Source: Candidatus Thorarchaeota archaeon
GTDB taxonomy: Archaea; Asgardarchaeota; Thorarchaeia; Thorarchaeales; Thorarchaeaceae
Reading direction: 5' to 3'
DNA: 64,000 nt
Assembly: GCA_963726195.1 (NCBI GenBank)
Contig: CAVSBO010000005.1
Location: forward strand, 168,646-232,645
Shown: positions 33,163 to 42,422 of the stretch, piece by piece
Layout: every line of letters begins with the position of its first letter
Numbering within the stretch: the stretch's first letter is position 1
Notes under the pieces: model-generated
Told to the model about the DNA's origin: nothing
The model's input: only the letters and a program-made list of their open reading frames with translations
Database searches by the model: none
Position numbers and translations under genes: made by a program

Positions 33163-33294
33163 TTACTTCATCACAAGTCTGGGACACTTCTCGCGCTTGG
33201 GCACATAGTCACAGGGCTTGTTCATCCCCTGATAGAACTTGAAGCCATCCACCTTGCACTTGTTGTCTGCTTTGACATACTCAGGACATGTCAT
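33163..33294 (-). CDS. Small 43-aa four-cysteine protein (putative metal-binding microprotein)
   Basis: MTCPEY...CKVD...PCDY...KCPR, in the same orientation as the por operon. Confidence 0.5.
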   Translation of the reverse strand: MTCPEYVKADNKCKVDGFKFYQGMNKPCDYVPKREKCPRLVMK

Positions 33295-33520
33295 CGGTCC
33301 ATTCTCCGGCTCTTGTATCGACCAAGCCCCACTGCCTATTTCAGGAGCAGGGCTCGGACTTAGAGGATTTTCCCAGACAGTACATATTAACATATTCTGT
33401 TGGTTGCCGCTACTCCCTCGAGCTAGAGAAACTGTGCACCTGTGACACCAACTCCCTGATGGAGTCGCCGTTTGGAGTCAGGGCGGTAAAATCACAATGC
33501 CGTTGTCATCGAGTCCGAAC

Positions 33521-34462
33521 TCACGCGATGCCGCACTTCTTCTTCAGCCGTTCCCAGTCAGCAGTAACCTGCTCCTGGACTTGCTTTCTGAAACCCTCCC
33601 ATTGAGGACTGAAGAGATGCTTGAATTGTCCTTGCAGCTTCATATACTCGTCCACAGGCTTGAGCTCGGTGAGATTCTTGCTGGGCGCTGACATAATGTA
33701 TTCTTCGCCGTTTATTATCTCATACAATGGGTGTATGCCCGTCTCTACAGCGAGCTTTGCGAGTTCCATGGTCTTGGATGACTCTGATCTCCATCCTCTT
33801 GGGCATGGCGAGAATGCATGAATGAATGCTGGTCCCTCGACTTCCAACGCCTTTCGGAACTTGGTAATGAAGTCACGGTAGTGGAACGGATCGACGGTGG
33901 CAACATACGGTATCTTGTGGGCTGCTACGATTTCGGCTATCGGTTTCTTGCGCTCCCTCTTTCCGGGTTCGGCCTTTCCCGCCCATGACGTTGTCGTCTC
34001 CTGTCCAGTAATTGTGGCACCCGACCTCTGAATGCCGGTGTTCTGGTATGCACCGTTGTCATAGCACATATAGACGAAGTCGTGTCCGCGTTCGAGTGCG
34101 CCGCTGAGTGAGCCAAAGCCTATGTCGAAGGTGCTACCATCTCCCCCGATGGCGATAACATCAACATGCTCATGCTTGTAGCGTCCCTTTTCCTTCATTG
34201 CGTTGATGCCCTCAACAATGCCTGCTGCAACCGCTGCAACGTTCTCGAATGCCACATGTATCCATGGGACTTTCCAAGCCGTATACGGATAGATAGTGGT
34301 CGCTACCTCAAGACAGCCAGTTGCGTTGCAAATGATGGTTGGGCCTCTCAGGGCGAACCCCATCAGCTTGATTACGGGCGGAGCTCCACACCCCGCACAC
34401 ATTCGGTGGCCAGAGCTAAGAATCTCTGGTGCCTGAAGCATGTCCTTGAGTTTCACTGACAT
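33521..34462 (-). CDS. porB: Pyruvate/2-ketoisovalerate:ferredoxin oxidoreductase beta subunit
   Basis: GHRMCAGCG, ATGCLEV, GGDG...DNGAYQNTG (TPP binding), SPCPRGW. Confidence 0.93.
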   Translation of the reverse strand: MSVKLKDMLQAPEILSSGHRMCAGCGAPPVIKLMGFALRGPTIICNATGCLEVATTIYPYTAWKVPWIHVAFENVAAVAAGIVEGINAMKEKGRYKHEHVDVIAIGGDGSTFDIGFGSLSGALERGHDFVYMCYDNGAYQNTGIQRSGATITGQETTTSWAGKAEPGKRERKKPIAEIVAAHKIPYVATVDPFHYRDFITKFRKALEVEGPAFIHAFSPCPRGWRSESSKTMELAKLAVETGIHPLYEIINGEEYIMSAPSKNLTELKPVDEYMKLQGQFKHLFSPQWEGFRKQVQEQVTADWERLKKKCGIA

Positions 34463-35676
34463 TACTTGCGCACCCCCAGGGTTTCATAGAGAGGCGCCTT
34501 GCCTTTCTCTAGATACTGCTTTGTCTTGTTGTAACCATCAACAAGAGTGGAAGGCGGAACATCGCGTCCTCCAAGGCCAATGACGAAGTCTGTGACCAAT
34601 GGTCTCTTTGGCTGGTCGTACAATGCCGCCCTTACTTCCAGAGCCAGAGGATTTGTGGCCGCTCCGAATGAAAGGCACTTCTCGAAAACAGCTACGGCTT
34701 TTGCAGATGCAAGTTCCTTACCGACCTCTGCCGCCGGGAAGGGCCTGAATAGCTTCAGTCTGAGCAGGCCAACTTTCTCACCTTGACCACGAAGCGCATC
34801 AACGACCGCCTTAGCAGTTCCTGCTGGACTGCTGTGCGTTAGTATGATTGTATCAGCGTCCTTTGTCTTGTAGGTTTCGTACATACCGTAGGAGCGACCG
34901 GAAATCTTCTGAAACTCCGACTCGACTTCCTTGTAGACCTTGAAGACCTCTTTCATCGCTCTATCTTCCTGTTCCTTCATTTCAAAGTAATAATCTGTAA
35001 GGCACAGGGGTCCTATTGTGGTAGGCTTGTCCGGATCTAGAGGCATGACTGGGTCCCTGACTCCGACGAAATCACGGACTACATCATCTGAAAGGAGCTC
35101 CACTCGCTCAACATTATGACTAAGAATGAAACCATCGATACAGACCATTGCAGGGAGCAGCACATTGTGGTTTTCAGCAATCCTGAATGACATTATGGTT
35201 GTATCATACGCTTCCTGAGAACTTTGGCAGTACATCTGAATGAAACCACTGTCGCGGGCACCATAGGAATCGCTCCAGTCGTTGTGGATGTTAATTGGGG
35301 CTGAGAGCGCACGATTGGCCACGGCCAAGATTATCGGCAGTCGCAAGCCGCTTGCACAATAGAGTACTTCCCACATCAAAGCGAGCCCTGCTGATGCAGA
35401 GGCCGTGGCGACCCTAGCTCCGGCCGCGGATGCTCCGATACATGCAGACATTGCACTGTGTTCTGACTCCACGGGTATGACCTTTGTTTTCACTTCGCCG
35501 TCCGCGAAGAAGTGCTGGTAATCTTCAACAATAATCGTCTGAGGTGTTATCGGATAGGCCGAAAGAACGTCGATATCACACTGCTTCAACGCACGTGCTA
35601 TCGCGGCGTCACCAGTAAGTCCCTCAACATTGCTGCTAATATGTGCAGTCTTTGAGCTTTTCGCTACTGCTGTCAT
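34462..35676 (-). CDS. porA: Pyruvate/2-ketoisovalerate:ferredoxin oxidoreductase alpha subunit
   Basis: AYPITPQT, VESEHSAMS, NRALSAPINI, DGFILSH, GLGGRD. Likely start at 35676. Confidence 0.93.
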   Translation of the reverse strand: MTAVAKSSKTAHISSNVEGLTGDAAIARALKQCDIDVLSAYPITPQTIIVEDYQHFFADGEVKTKVIPVESEHSAMSACIGASAAGARVATASASAGLALMWEVLYCASGLRLPIILAVANRALSAPINIHNDWSDSYGARDSGFIQMYCQSSQEAYDTTIMSFRIAENHNVLLPAMVCIDGFILSHNVERVELLSDDVVRDFVGVRDPVMPLDPDKPTTIGPLCLTDYYFEMKEQEDRAMKEVFKVYKEVESEFQKISGRSYGMYETYKTKDADTIILTHSSPAGTAKAVVDALRGQGEKVGLLRLKLFRPFPAAEVGKELASAKAVAVFEKCLSFGAATNPLALEVRAALYDQPKRPLVTDFVIGLGGRDVPPSTLVDGYNKTKQYLEKGKAPLYETLGVRK

Positions 35677-35680
35677 TCCA

Positions 35681-35977
35681 TCATTCACTCTCCATTTCGA
35701 TGCAGGAATTGGGACATACATTTGAGCAGATTCCACAACCCTTGCAGTAGTCATAGTCAAAGTCATAGAGGTACTTGCCGTCCTTCTCGGTGAGCTTGAC
35801 GGCGTTGTCTGGGCAGTATATCCAGCACAGCCCACAAGTCCCATTCTTCAACCATAGACAGTTGTCAGGAGTGTGCTTCGGGCGCTCGGCTCTCCACCCA
35901 CCGGTTTTGTACTCCATTGCATTGCCGGGCTCAATTATGTTGCCGCCCATTGGTATCTCGCTGAACTTCTTACTCAA
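35681..35977 (-). CDS. porD: 2-oxoacid:ferredoxin oxidoreductase delta subunit (2x[4Fe-4S])
   Basis: KTGGWR...CGLCWIYCPD...DYDYCKGCGICSNVCP. Confidence 0.93.
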   Translation of the reverse strand: MSKKFSEIPMGGNIIEPGNAMEYKTGGWRAERPKHTPDNCLWLKNGTCGLCWIYCPDNAVKLTEKDGKYLYDFDYDYCKGCGICSNVCPNSCIEMESE

Positions 35978-36549
35978 CCGACTTTCGCCTCCGAAGCTGC
36001 TCTTTCCATTGCTGTCTTATTCAGGTCTCCAACTTTGCCGGGATATCGATTCAGCACTTCGCCAATTACCGTCTCAAGCTTGACTGCACCTGTCATCTTT
36101 ACCGCTGCGGCAAGCATTGGCATATTATAGAAAGGCCGACCGAGAATCTGCATAGCGATTGTACTCGCATCGACTGTTACGACCTTTCCTGTCTTCAGAC
36201 CAAGCTTCTTCCTCGTCTGGTCTGGCGTCATCGAGGTGTTCAGCACTAGTATACCATCCTTCTTTAGTCCCTCACCTGGATTAACCACATCGACAAGTGT
36301 TGGATCAATACATACGACGATGTCAGGTTGGTACACCTGTGCATAAATCGTGATGGGCTTCTTGCTAATCCTGAGAAAAGCCCTGACCGGAGCTCCAGTG
36401 CGCTCGGGTCCGAACTCGGGAAAGGCCTGAATGTAGTTTCCTTCTGACAGAGCTGCCTTACCGAGCATCTGATTGCTCGTGACGACACCTTGGCCGCCAC
36501 GACCATGCCACCGTACCTCAGTGATTCCTTTAGTAAAATCAAGGGCCAT
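35974..36549 (-). CDS. porG: 2-oxoacid:ferredoxin oxidoreductase gamma subunit
   Basis: EVRWHGRGGQG, FPEFGPERTGAPV. Confidence 0.93.
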   Translation of the reverse strand: MALDFTKGITEVRWHGRGGQGVVTSNQMLGKAALSEGNYIQAFPEFGPERTGAPVRAFLRISKKPITIYAQVYQPDIVVCIDPTLVDVVNPGEGLKKDGILVLNTSMTPDQTRKKLGLKTGKVVTVDASTIAMQILGRPFYNMPMLAAAVKMTGAVKLETVIGEVLNRYPGKVGDLNKTAMERAASEAKVG

Positions 36550-36701
36550 AGCCTACATCACTACCTACGGGAGAGAAGCGACTGGCCCGGCTCCCTTGGT
36601 ATGCTTATGTATCTTATTATTAGCCCACATCTCTAGGCTATCATTCTTGGCCAATCTGGGAATCAGGCCTTGAGGACTGCTTCAGTCAGTTTTCTCAGGC
36701 A

Positions 36702-37076
36702 CTAGGATGACGGGGGCATGACAACAATCTGGACGCTCGTTATCGTCTTGCCCTCCTTGTCGCTCGCGTCAAAAGTATCGAACGCCATCTCATACCTGAA
36801 GCGTTGTTCGCGCACCTTGAGCTCGTGTGCGACTCGAACGGCGAGACCGATACCCTTGAATCCGTATCCCCTAATCGCGACGATTCTCTTGTCATTCCTC
36901 ACAAGACCATGTACTGTCAAAGCTACCTTCGGTACGTTGACCTTCTCAGCTGTAGGTGAAATCTCCAAAAGGACGTACTCGCTTGTGGGAAAGACGCTAA
37001 TATCCTCGTTCAGAGTGATGCCGATTATCCTGTCTCCAAGTCTCAGCTGTTCAGGTATTCTCTCTTGGAGGGACAT
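36702..37076 (-). CDS. Divergent Alba-superfamily nucleic-acid-binding protein
   Basis: IVAIRGYGFKGIGLAVRVAHEL and DKEGKTITSVQIVV parallel the Alba motifs VxIKARGRAISRAVDVAE and GRxxxVSxIEIxL. Confidence 0.55.
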   Translation of the reverse strand: MSLQERIPEQLRLGDRIIGITLNEDISVFPTSEYVLLEISPTAEKVNVPKVALTVHGLVRNDKRIVAIRGYGFKGIGLAVRVAHELKVREQRFRYEMAFDTFDASDKEGKTITSVQIVVMPPSS

Positions 37077-37217
37077 GATTGGGAGCGTTCCAGCAGGGGT
37101 CTAAAGTACTTGCCGTTTGTTGCCACTCGAATGCCATGCTTAATAGCCTGTCTCGCAATCATTAAATCTCGGGAGCCACGAATTGCGGCAGAAGCTCTGA
37201 AAGGAAGAAGTTCCACA

Positions 37218-38210
37218 ATGGAGTCCAAGAAACCCCTTGCAGTCATTCTTGCGATTTTTGCGGTGACATCTCTGGCAGCCGTTGCGATTTGGTACCCTAG
37301 ACCTGCGGCAGGAGTTAACATTAGGATAGGTTACCTCAGTCAGGATTTGCATCAGCTGGCTCTAAGAGTCGCCATCGAGAAGGGATGGTTTGCAGAAGAG
37401 GGTATCAACGTTACACTCTTTCAGTACCAGAATGGTGCCTATGAGATGGATGGTTTTCTTGGCGGGCAAATCGACGTTGGGTACTTGGGCATAGCACCTG
37501 CACTTACCAAGAGCATTAACCAAGGAATCAATATCACCGTTTTAGCGACCGCCAATCTTGAGGGTTCGTCAATCATGGCGCTTAAGTCCGAGTATGATGC
37601 CGGACGAATAACTAACATGACCGGTCTTGTCAATAAGACAATCCTCGAGCCGGGGCCATCAAGTGTTCAGACCTTCCTCCTCAGACTAGCATTGAACCAG
37701 TCTGGGCTCTCGGTTTCGCAGGTAACTCTTGAGCAAGCTACTCCTCAAAACATGGGCATGTCACTTACAGCGGACAAGCCTGCGTTCATCGCTTGGGAAC
37801 CATACTGTGCGCTGGCGCAGTACAACGGTCAGGCTGTTCCAATCTTGTCCTCACATGACATATGGGCGAGGCATCCGTGCTGCGTACTCGCAGTGTCGAA
37901 CGCATTTCTCAAGGCAAGTCCCGACATCGTACAGAAGATCGTTGATATTCACAAACGGGCTGAACAGTGGATTGTGGCAAATCCAGTTGACGCAGTAAAC
38001 GTTGCCGTGCAGTGGCTGCAGATTGCGACCACACCGGTACAGAACGCTTTCAATGGTATCATATACGAGTACGCCCTGAACCGCACCGCTTTCGAGAAGT
38101 ACCTGAGCTTCCTCATTAGTCAGCACTATGCTACCATGGATCCCTCTGGAATCAGCGCTTTCTTGAATCGTTTCATTAATAGCACCTTCATTGAACATAC
38201 TACTACTTAG
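37218..38210 (+). CDS. NitT/TauT/SsuA-family ABC substrate-binding protein
   Basis: N-terminal TM anchor, IRIGYL, GQIDVGYLGIAP, AWEPY, HPCCVL. Confidence 0.88.
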   Translation: MESKKPLAVILAIFAVTSLAAVAIWYPRPAAGVNIRIGYLSQDLHQLALRVAIEKGWFAEEGINVTLFQYQNGAYEMDGFLGGQIDVGYLGIAPALTKSINQGINITVLATANLEGSSIMALKSEYDAGRITNMTGLVNKTILEPGPSSVQTFLLRLALNQSGLSVSQVTLEQATPQNMGMSLTADKPAFIAWEPYCALAQYNGQAVPILSSHDIWARHPCCVLAVSNAFLKASPDIVQKIVDIHKRAEQWIVANPVDAVNVAVQWLQIATTPVQNAFNGIIYEYALNRTAFEKYLSFLISQHYATMDPSGISAFLNRFINSTFIEHTTT

Positions 38211-38305
38211 TGTCACGTCCAAAAAGGAGAACACAATCAGTGGAGCGGCTTTGTGAAGCTATCAAGTGCTCCAATTCCGAAACATGATTGAGCGGGTGAA
38301 GAGAC

Positions 38306-39103
38306 GTGGATGGCTCGCACAGAAAGGGACACAAAGTGAGATTTTCTGACATTCTGCTCAAGGCGGTGCTTCCCCTCCTAATCCTTCTGGCCATCTGGCA
38401 GTTCATCGCATATGTTTCTCAAGGCATAAATCTCTTCGACATTACATCTTCCTTCATTAAGCTGGTTGTCCAAGGCGATGCGGATGGAACCACGCTTGCC
38501 CAGCATACCGCAATCAGTATGCTCCGGGTCACGTTGGGGTTTGGCGCTGCCGCCGTCACGGCAATTCCACTCGGCGTCATCGTCGGCCGCTACCGTGCTC
38601 TGAACATGGTTCTGGGTCCCGTCGTTGATGCCATGCGCCCTATTCCTCCTATTGCGTGGATTCCTCTCTCGATTCTGATGTTCAGGACGAATATCCTTGG
38701 TGCTCAGGTTTTCATAATCTGGGTGGGTGCATTCTTTCCCATATTGCTCAACACTATTGCTGGAGTGAAGAGAACTAGCATCGTTCATCTTGAAGTAGCT
38801 CAGACATTCGGAGCGAAGGAAGGGCAGGTGCTTTCGAAAGTCATCCTGCCATCCGCTGCGCCAGAGATAATGGCTGGTCTTCGAATCGGCTTCGGTATTG
38901 GCTGGATGTGTCTCGTTGCAGCTGAAATGATAGGAGGAGGTCTTGGTCTCGGTTATCTCGTAATCCTCGCAGAGCAACTTGGTAGGACCGGCGAAACGAT
39001 TTCCGCCATGCTCATGATTGGTTTCATTGGTTTCGCAATCAGCTACGTACTACTTCGACTTGAGAAATCGCTGCTCAGATGGAGAGTGGAGGTTGCCATC
39101 TAG
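38306..39103 (+). CDS. NitT/TauT-family ABC permease
   Basis: RPIPPIAWIPL, EAA-like loop VAQTFGA, LVAAEM. Confidence 0.92.
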   Translation: MDGSHRKGHKVRFSDILLKAVLPLLILLAIWQFIAYVSQGINLFDITSSFIKLVVQGDADGTTLAQHTAISMLRVTLGFGAAAVTAIPLGVIVGRYRALNMVLGPVVDAMRPIPPIAWIPLSILMFRTNILGAQVFIIWVGAFFPILLNTIAGVKRTSIVHLEVAQTFGAKEGQVLSKVILPSAAPEIMAGLRIGFGIGWMCLVAAEMIGGGLGLGYLVILAEQLGRTGETISAMLMIGFIGFAISYVLLRLEKSLLRWRVEVAI

Positions 39104-39900
39104 GGTCTTCTTATGTGCATTGCTTTTTCTTGCTCTACTCTAAGTAGCTCTAGTATTCTCGCCCGGTAGGAGAGACACTCTGTTGAGGTTCTGTCCCGTG
39201 GCCTAGGCAGATCGATAACGAACTCTTCGATTATGTGAGCAGGTATGTTGCTCAAAAGTATAACCCGGTCCGACATGAATACGGCTTCGTCAACGTTGTG
39301 GGACACGAATATGATTGTGGAACCTGTCTCTTGCCATATTCTGAGGAACTCCTCCTGCAAGTAGTTCCTCGTCTGAGCGTCAAGATTTGAAAAGCACTCG
39401 TCAGAGACTAGAATGTCGGGAGACGTAACGAGGCTGCGTGCCATTTCGGTTTTTCGAGCTTGCCCTCCTGAGATTTCGTGAGGCAGATTCTTTTCGAATT
39501 CTTTCATTCCGACTAGGCTCAGCATTTGGTCAACTAGGCGCTTCCTCTCCTCAGGATTATGATGTTCGACTTCAAGGCCAAATTCAATGTTCTTTCGGAC
39601 GGTTCTCCAAGGAAAGAGGCTTTCTTGCTGAAAGATGAAGCCAACGCGATGATGTCCAGTCGCGGCTGGGACGCCATCAAACAAGACTTCGCCACTATCA
39701 GCTTGGAGGAGTCCCGCTATGATCTTCAAAAGAGTAGTCTTACCGCACCCCGACGGGCCCAGTATACTCAGGAATTCCCCCTTCTGAACGTCAAACGAAA
39801 TCTCGTCTAGAACCTTGGTCTCTTCCAGGTTGTCGCTGAAGTATGACTTCTTGAGATTTCGGACCGAGAGTTTCGGCAATTCCACACCAGCCACAATCAT
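39100..39900 (-). CDS. NitT/TauT-family ABC ATP-binding protein
   Basis: GPSGCGKTT, LFPWRTV, ISGGQ, SDECFSNLDAQTR, SHNVDEA. Confidence 0.92.
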   Translation of the reverse strand: MIVAGVELPKLSVRNLKKSYFSDNLEETKVLDEISFDVQKGEFLSILGPSGCGKTTLLKIIAGLLQADSGEVLFDGVPAATGHHRVGFIFQQESLFPWRTVRKNIEFGLEVEHHNPEERKRLVDQMLSLVGMKEFEKNLPHEISGGQARKTEMARSLVTSPDILVSDECFSNLDAQTRNYLQEEFLRIWQETGSTIIFVSHNVDEAVFMSDRVILLSNIPAHIIEEFVIDLPRPRDRTSTECLSYRARILELLRVEQEKAMHIRRP

Positions 39901-40032
39901 GTTGGTCCCGTTAAATAGTGTATTGCAGCATGCGCAAATCCTGCTTCAACCGCGCAAAGTAGAAAAGGACACCAGACGCCCATGATACAATAATCATTCA
40001 GTTCGCTTTGATGTTCAGCCGCTCTAAGCGAA

Positions 40033-42399
40033 GTGCCAGCCGCGAATGGAAGGCGAAATCAGTTGGATTCACCAAGAGTTCTGTTTGAGATCAAGGATGA
40101 CGTGAGCACAAGTGCTATCGCTGTGGGGGACCTTGCAGGCTCGCCACTGCCTGAGTTATGCACTGGTGGTCGTGATGGAGTGCTCCGCGTCTATAGCGCA
40201 GACAAGACTGGGGTTGAGTTCCTAGCCCAGCACAACGTCGAGGGAAGCATCCTATCAATTGAAATCGCCGACGCAAACAACGACAACCAAAACGAACTAG
40301 TAGTTGGCAGAAGTCTGGGTCCTCACGACGTTGCTGGCGAAGCCGGGACACTCCAGATTTATCGAATTACGTCCGCGAATGCATTCGAGCTTCTGGCTGA
40401 ATACCCTGTCGACCGCTTTGTGACAACTGTTCACGTTACGGATGTCACGGGTGACGAGAAGAACAAGATACTCGCGGGCGGGAGCGACTCCACTTTGAGA
40501 GTCTTTGAAATGGACGGCGAGAATAACCTGCGTGAGTTTGCTCGTTACCAACTTGAAGACATGCCAATCACGATTGGCACCTGTGACGTCGATGGTGACG
40601 AAATCGACGAGATAGTCACAGGTAACCGCGACAAGACGCTACGCGTGTTCAGGGTTAAGGACAACTCCATCGAGCAGATGGACGTCATGAATTTGCCCAG
40701 CCCTGTCGTGTCCATTGCTTCCGGTGACTTGCTTGGAGATCGCAAGATGGAGCTTGCAGTTGTGACCTACGATGGATCAATCAGGGTCTATCGCAACGAA
40801 GAGAACAAGCTTGAGCTCTTTTCTATGCTTGAAAAGGTCAAGGCTCTCTCTGTGAGGATTGAGGAGCTGAATGCTGACCACTTGGATGAATTGGTTGTTG
40901 CTACTTCAGACGCAAGAATCGTCTTCTATAATGTCCAAGCGGCGGAGCTGCAAGAATTGGCAGTAGTCAACATTGGAACTAAGATTCTTGCAATCAGCGT
41001 GGGTGATGCTAACGGGAATGGCCGCAAGGAGGTCTTGGTCGGCGTATCCAACGCCCCATTGAAGGTGGTCGATGGTCTGTACACCATCATACCGAAGTTT
41101 GAGGTCAGTACTGAGGCAATGGCTGGCAGCCAACTCACCGGCATGTTCACGATAACAAACGTTTCAGACAAGCAGGTGAGTGGAATCTCAGGGAAGGTTT
41201 ACTGGTTCCCGAAGAGCGACATGGAAATCACTCCTCAGCAACTTCGGTTTGACTTGGAACCGCATGAGACAAAAGCGACTGAGTTGCAGCTCACGCCCAA
41301 TGTTGAAGGAACTATCATCGTGAGACCCATAGTTATGATGTGGACTGATATCACTGGCCAAGTTAGACAGGCCACCACGCCTGAGACACCGATACTGGTA
41401 CAGGGCGGTAGTGCAATTGCAGTACCTGTTGCTAGCACTCGGATTGTCGCCGCTTCTGAGCCTGAGCCTGTGGCACCTGAAATTGAGGATGAGTTATCGT
41501 ATGAACCGATGGTTGGCACCGGTTTTGGTGCGGTACACGCAGCCGAAGCTGAGATGCCATCAGATGAGGCGGCTGTTTCAGCTAGCACCGAAGAGACGCT
41601 CAAAGCTGCAGAAGAGCTTCTGGAGAGGATCTTCGACGAGTCTCCAAGACAGGTGGAACTGAGCAGAATAACGACCGAGTCTATTAGTGAAGAAGAGACA
41701 GAAGAACTGACGGTGGCGCCCTCCGTTGCAGGCCTGAATGAGAGTGCGATTGTTGCAGAGATACGTGGGCGCAAAGCGAAGCCGCCGAAACCAGGTATGA
41801 CATCGGATGGCTATAGCTATCTCTTCAAGACAATGGTGATTGGCGAGGGTGCTGTCGGCAAGACCGCCCTTGTAAGCCGATTTACCACTGGGCAATTTGA
41901 GAAGGATTACAAGACTACCATAGGTTCGCAGTTTGCAGTGAAGCTGACATACATCTCGCCGACTGATTCTGAGTATGCCGTAGGAATCAAGATTCAGGCG
42001 TGGGATGTTGCTGGGCAGGCGCGCTTCAAGGCCGTTCGCAAGATGTACTACAGCGGGGCAGCTGGGGTTATTCTCGTCTTCGATGTCACCCGACGGAGAT
42101 CATTCACTGAGCTCGTCAAATGGGTCGAGGAATCTGATGATTCAGTTGGCGGACGTGTTCCGATGGTCTGTGTTGGCAACAAGATTGACTTGCCAGACAG
42201 GGCGGTTCCCGGTGATGAGGCCAAGCAATGGGCCGAGTCGCAAGGGTTCATCTACATGGAGAGCAGCGCCAAGACCGGAGAAGGAGTGGCCGATATGTTC
42301 TCAGTGCTGGCAGAGCTTATGTGGACAGAGACCCGCAAAATGACTGATTCAAAGAAGTCTGGCGATAGCAAGAAGAGTGGAGAAGGCAAGAAGCGCTAG
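40033..42399 (+). CDS. Fusion of FG-GAP/BBS2-like beta-propeller, Ig-like domain, acidic linker and Rab-like small GTPase
   Basis: About seven blades (e.g. CDVDGDEIDEIVTGNRDKTLRVF). GTPase motifs GEGAVGKT, TIG, WDVAGQ, NKID, ESSAK. RabF-like motifs IGSQF, KIQAW, RFKAVR, YYSGA, LVFDVT. No signal peptide. Confidence 0.9.
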   Translation: MPAANGRRNQLDSPRVLFEIKDDVSTSAIAVGDLAGSPLPELCTGGRDGVLRVYSADKTGVEFLAQHNVEGSILSIEIADANNDNQNELVVGRSLGPHDVAGEAGTLQIYRITSANAFELLAEYPVDRFVTTVHVTDVTGDEKNKILAGGSDSTLRVFEMDGENNLREFARYQLEDMPITIGTCDVDGDEIDEIVTGNRDKTLRVFRVKDNSIEQMDVMNLPSPVVSIASGDLLGDRKMELAVVTYDGSIRVYRNEENKLELFSMLEKVKALSVRIEELNADHLDELVVATSDARIVFYNVQAAELQELAVVNIGTKILAISVGDANGNGRKEVLVGVSNAPLKVVDGLYTIIPKFEVSTEAMAGSQLTGMFTITNVSDKQVSGISGKVYWFPKSDMEITPQQLRFDLEPHETKATELQLTPNVEGTIIVRPIVMMWTDITGQVRQATTPETPILVQGGSAIAVPVASTRIVAASEPEPVAPEIEDELSYEPMVGTGFGAVHAAEAEMPSDEAAVSASTEETLKAAEELLERIFDESPRQVELSRITTESISEEETEELTVAPSVAGLNESAIVAEIRGRKAKPPKPGMTSDGYSYLFKTMVIGEGAVGKTALVSRFTTGQFEKDYKTTIGSQFAVKLTYISPTDSEYAVGIKIQAWDVAGQARFKAVRKMYYSGAAGVILVFDVTRRRSFTELVKWVEESDDSVGGRVPMVCVGNKIDLPDRAVPGDEAKQWAESQGFIYMESSAKTGEGVADMFSVLAELMWTETRKMTDSKKSGDSKKSGEGKKR

Positions 42400-42422
42400 T
42401 CGCTTGCTCTGCACGAAAGTCC

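Noticed and set aside
33450-33520. GATGA...CTGA segment after porB on the minus strand, resembling a C/D-box sRNA or SECIS
   Set aside because: It is too short, box C is imperfect, there are no internal C'/D' boxes, pairing is weak, and there is no upstream UGA-containing selenoprotein.
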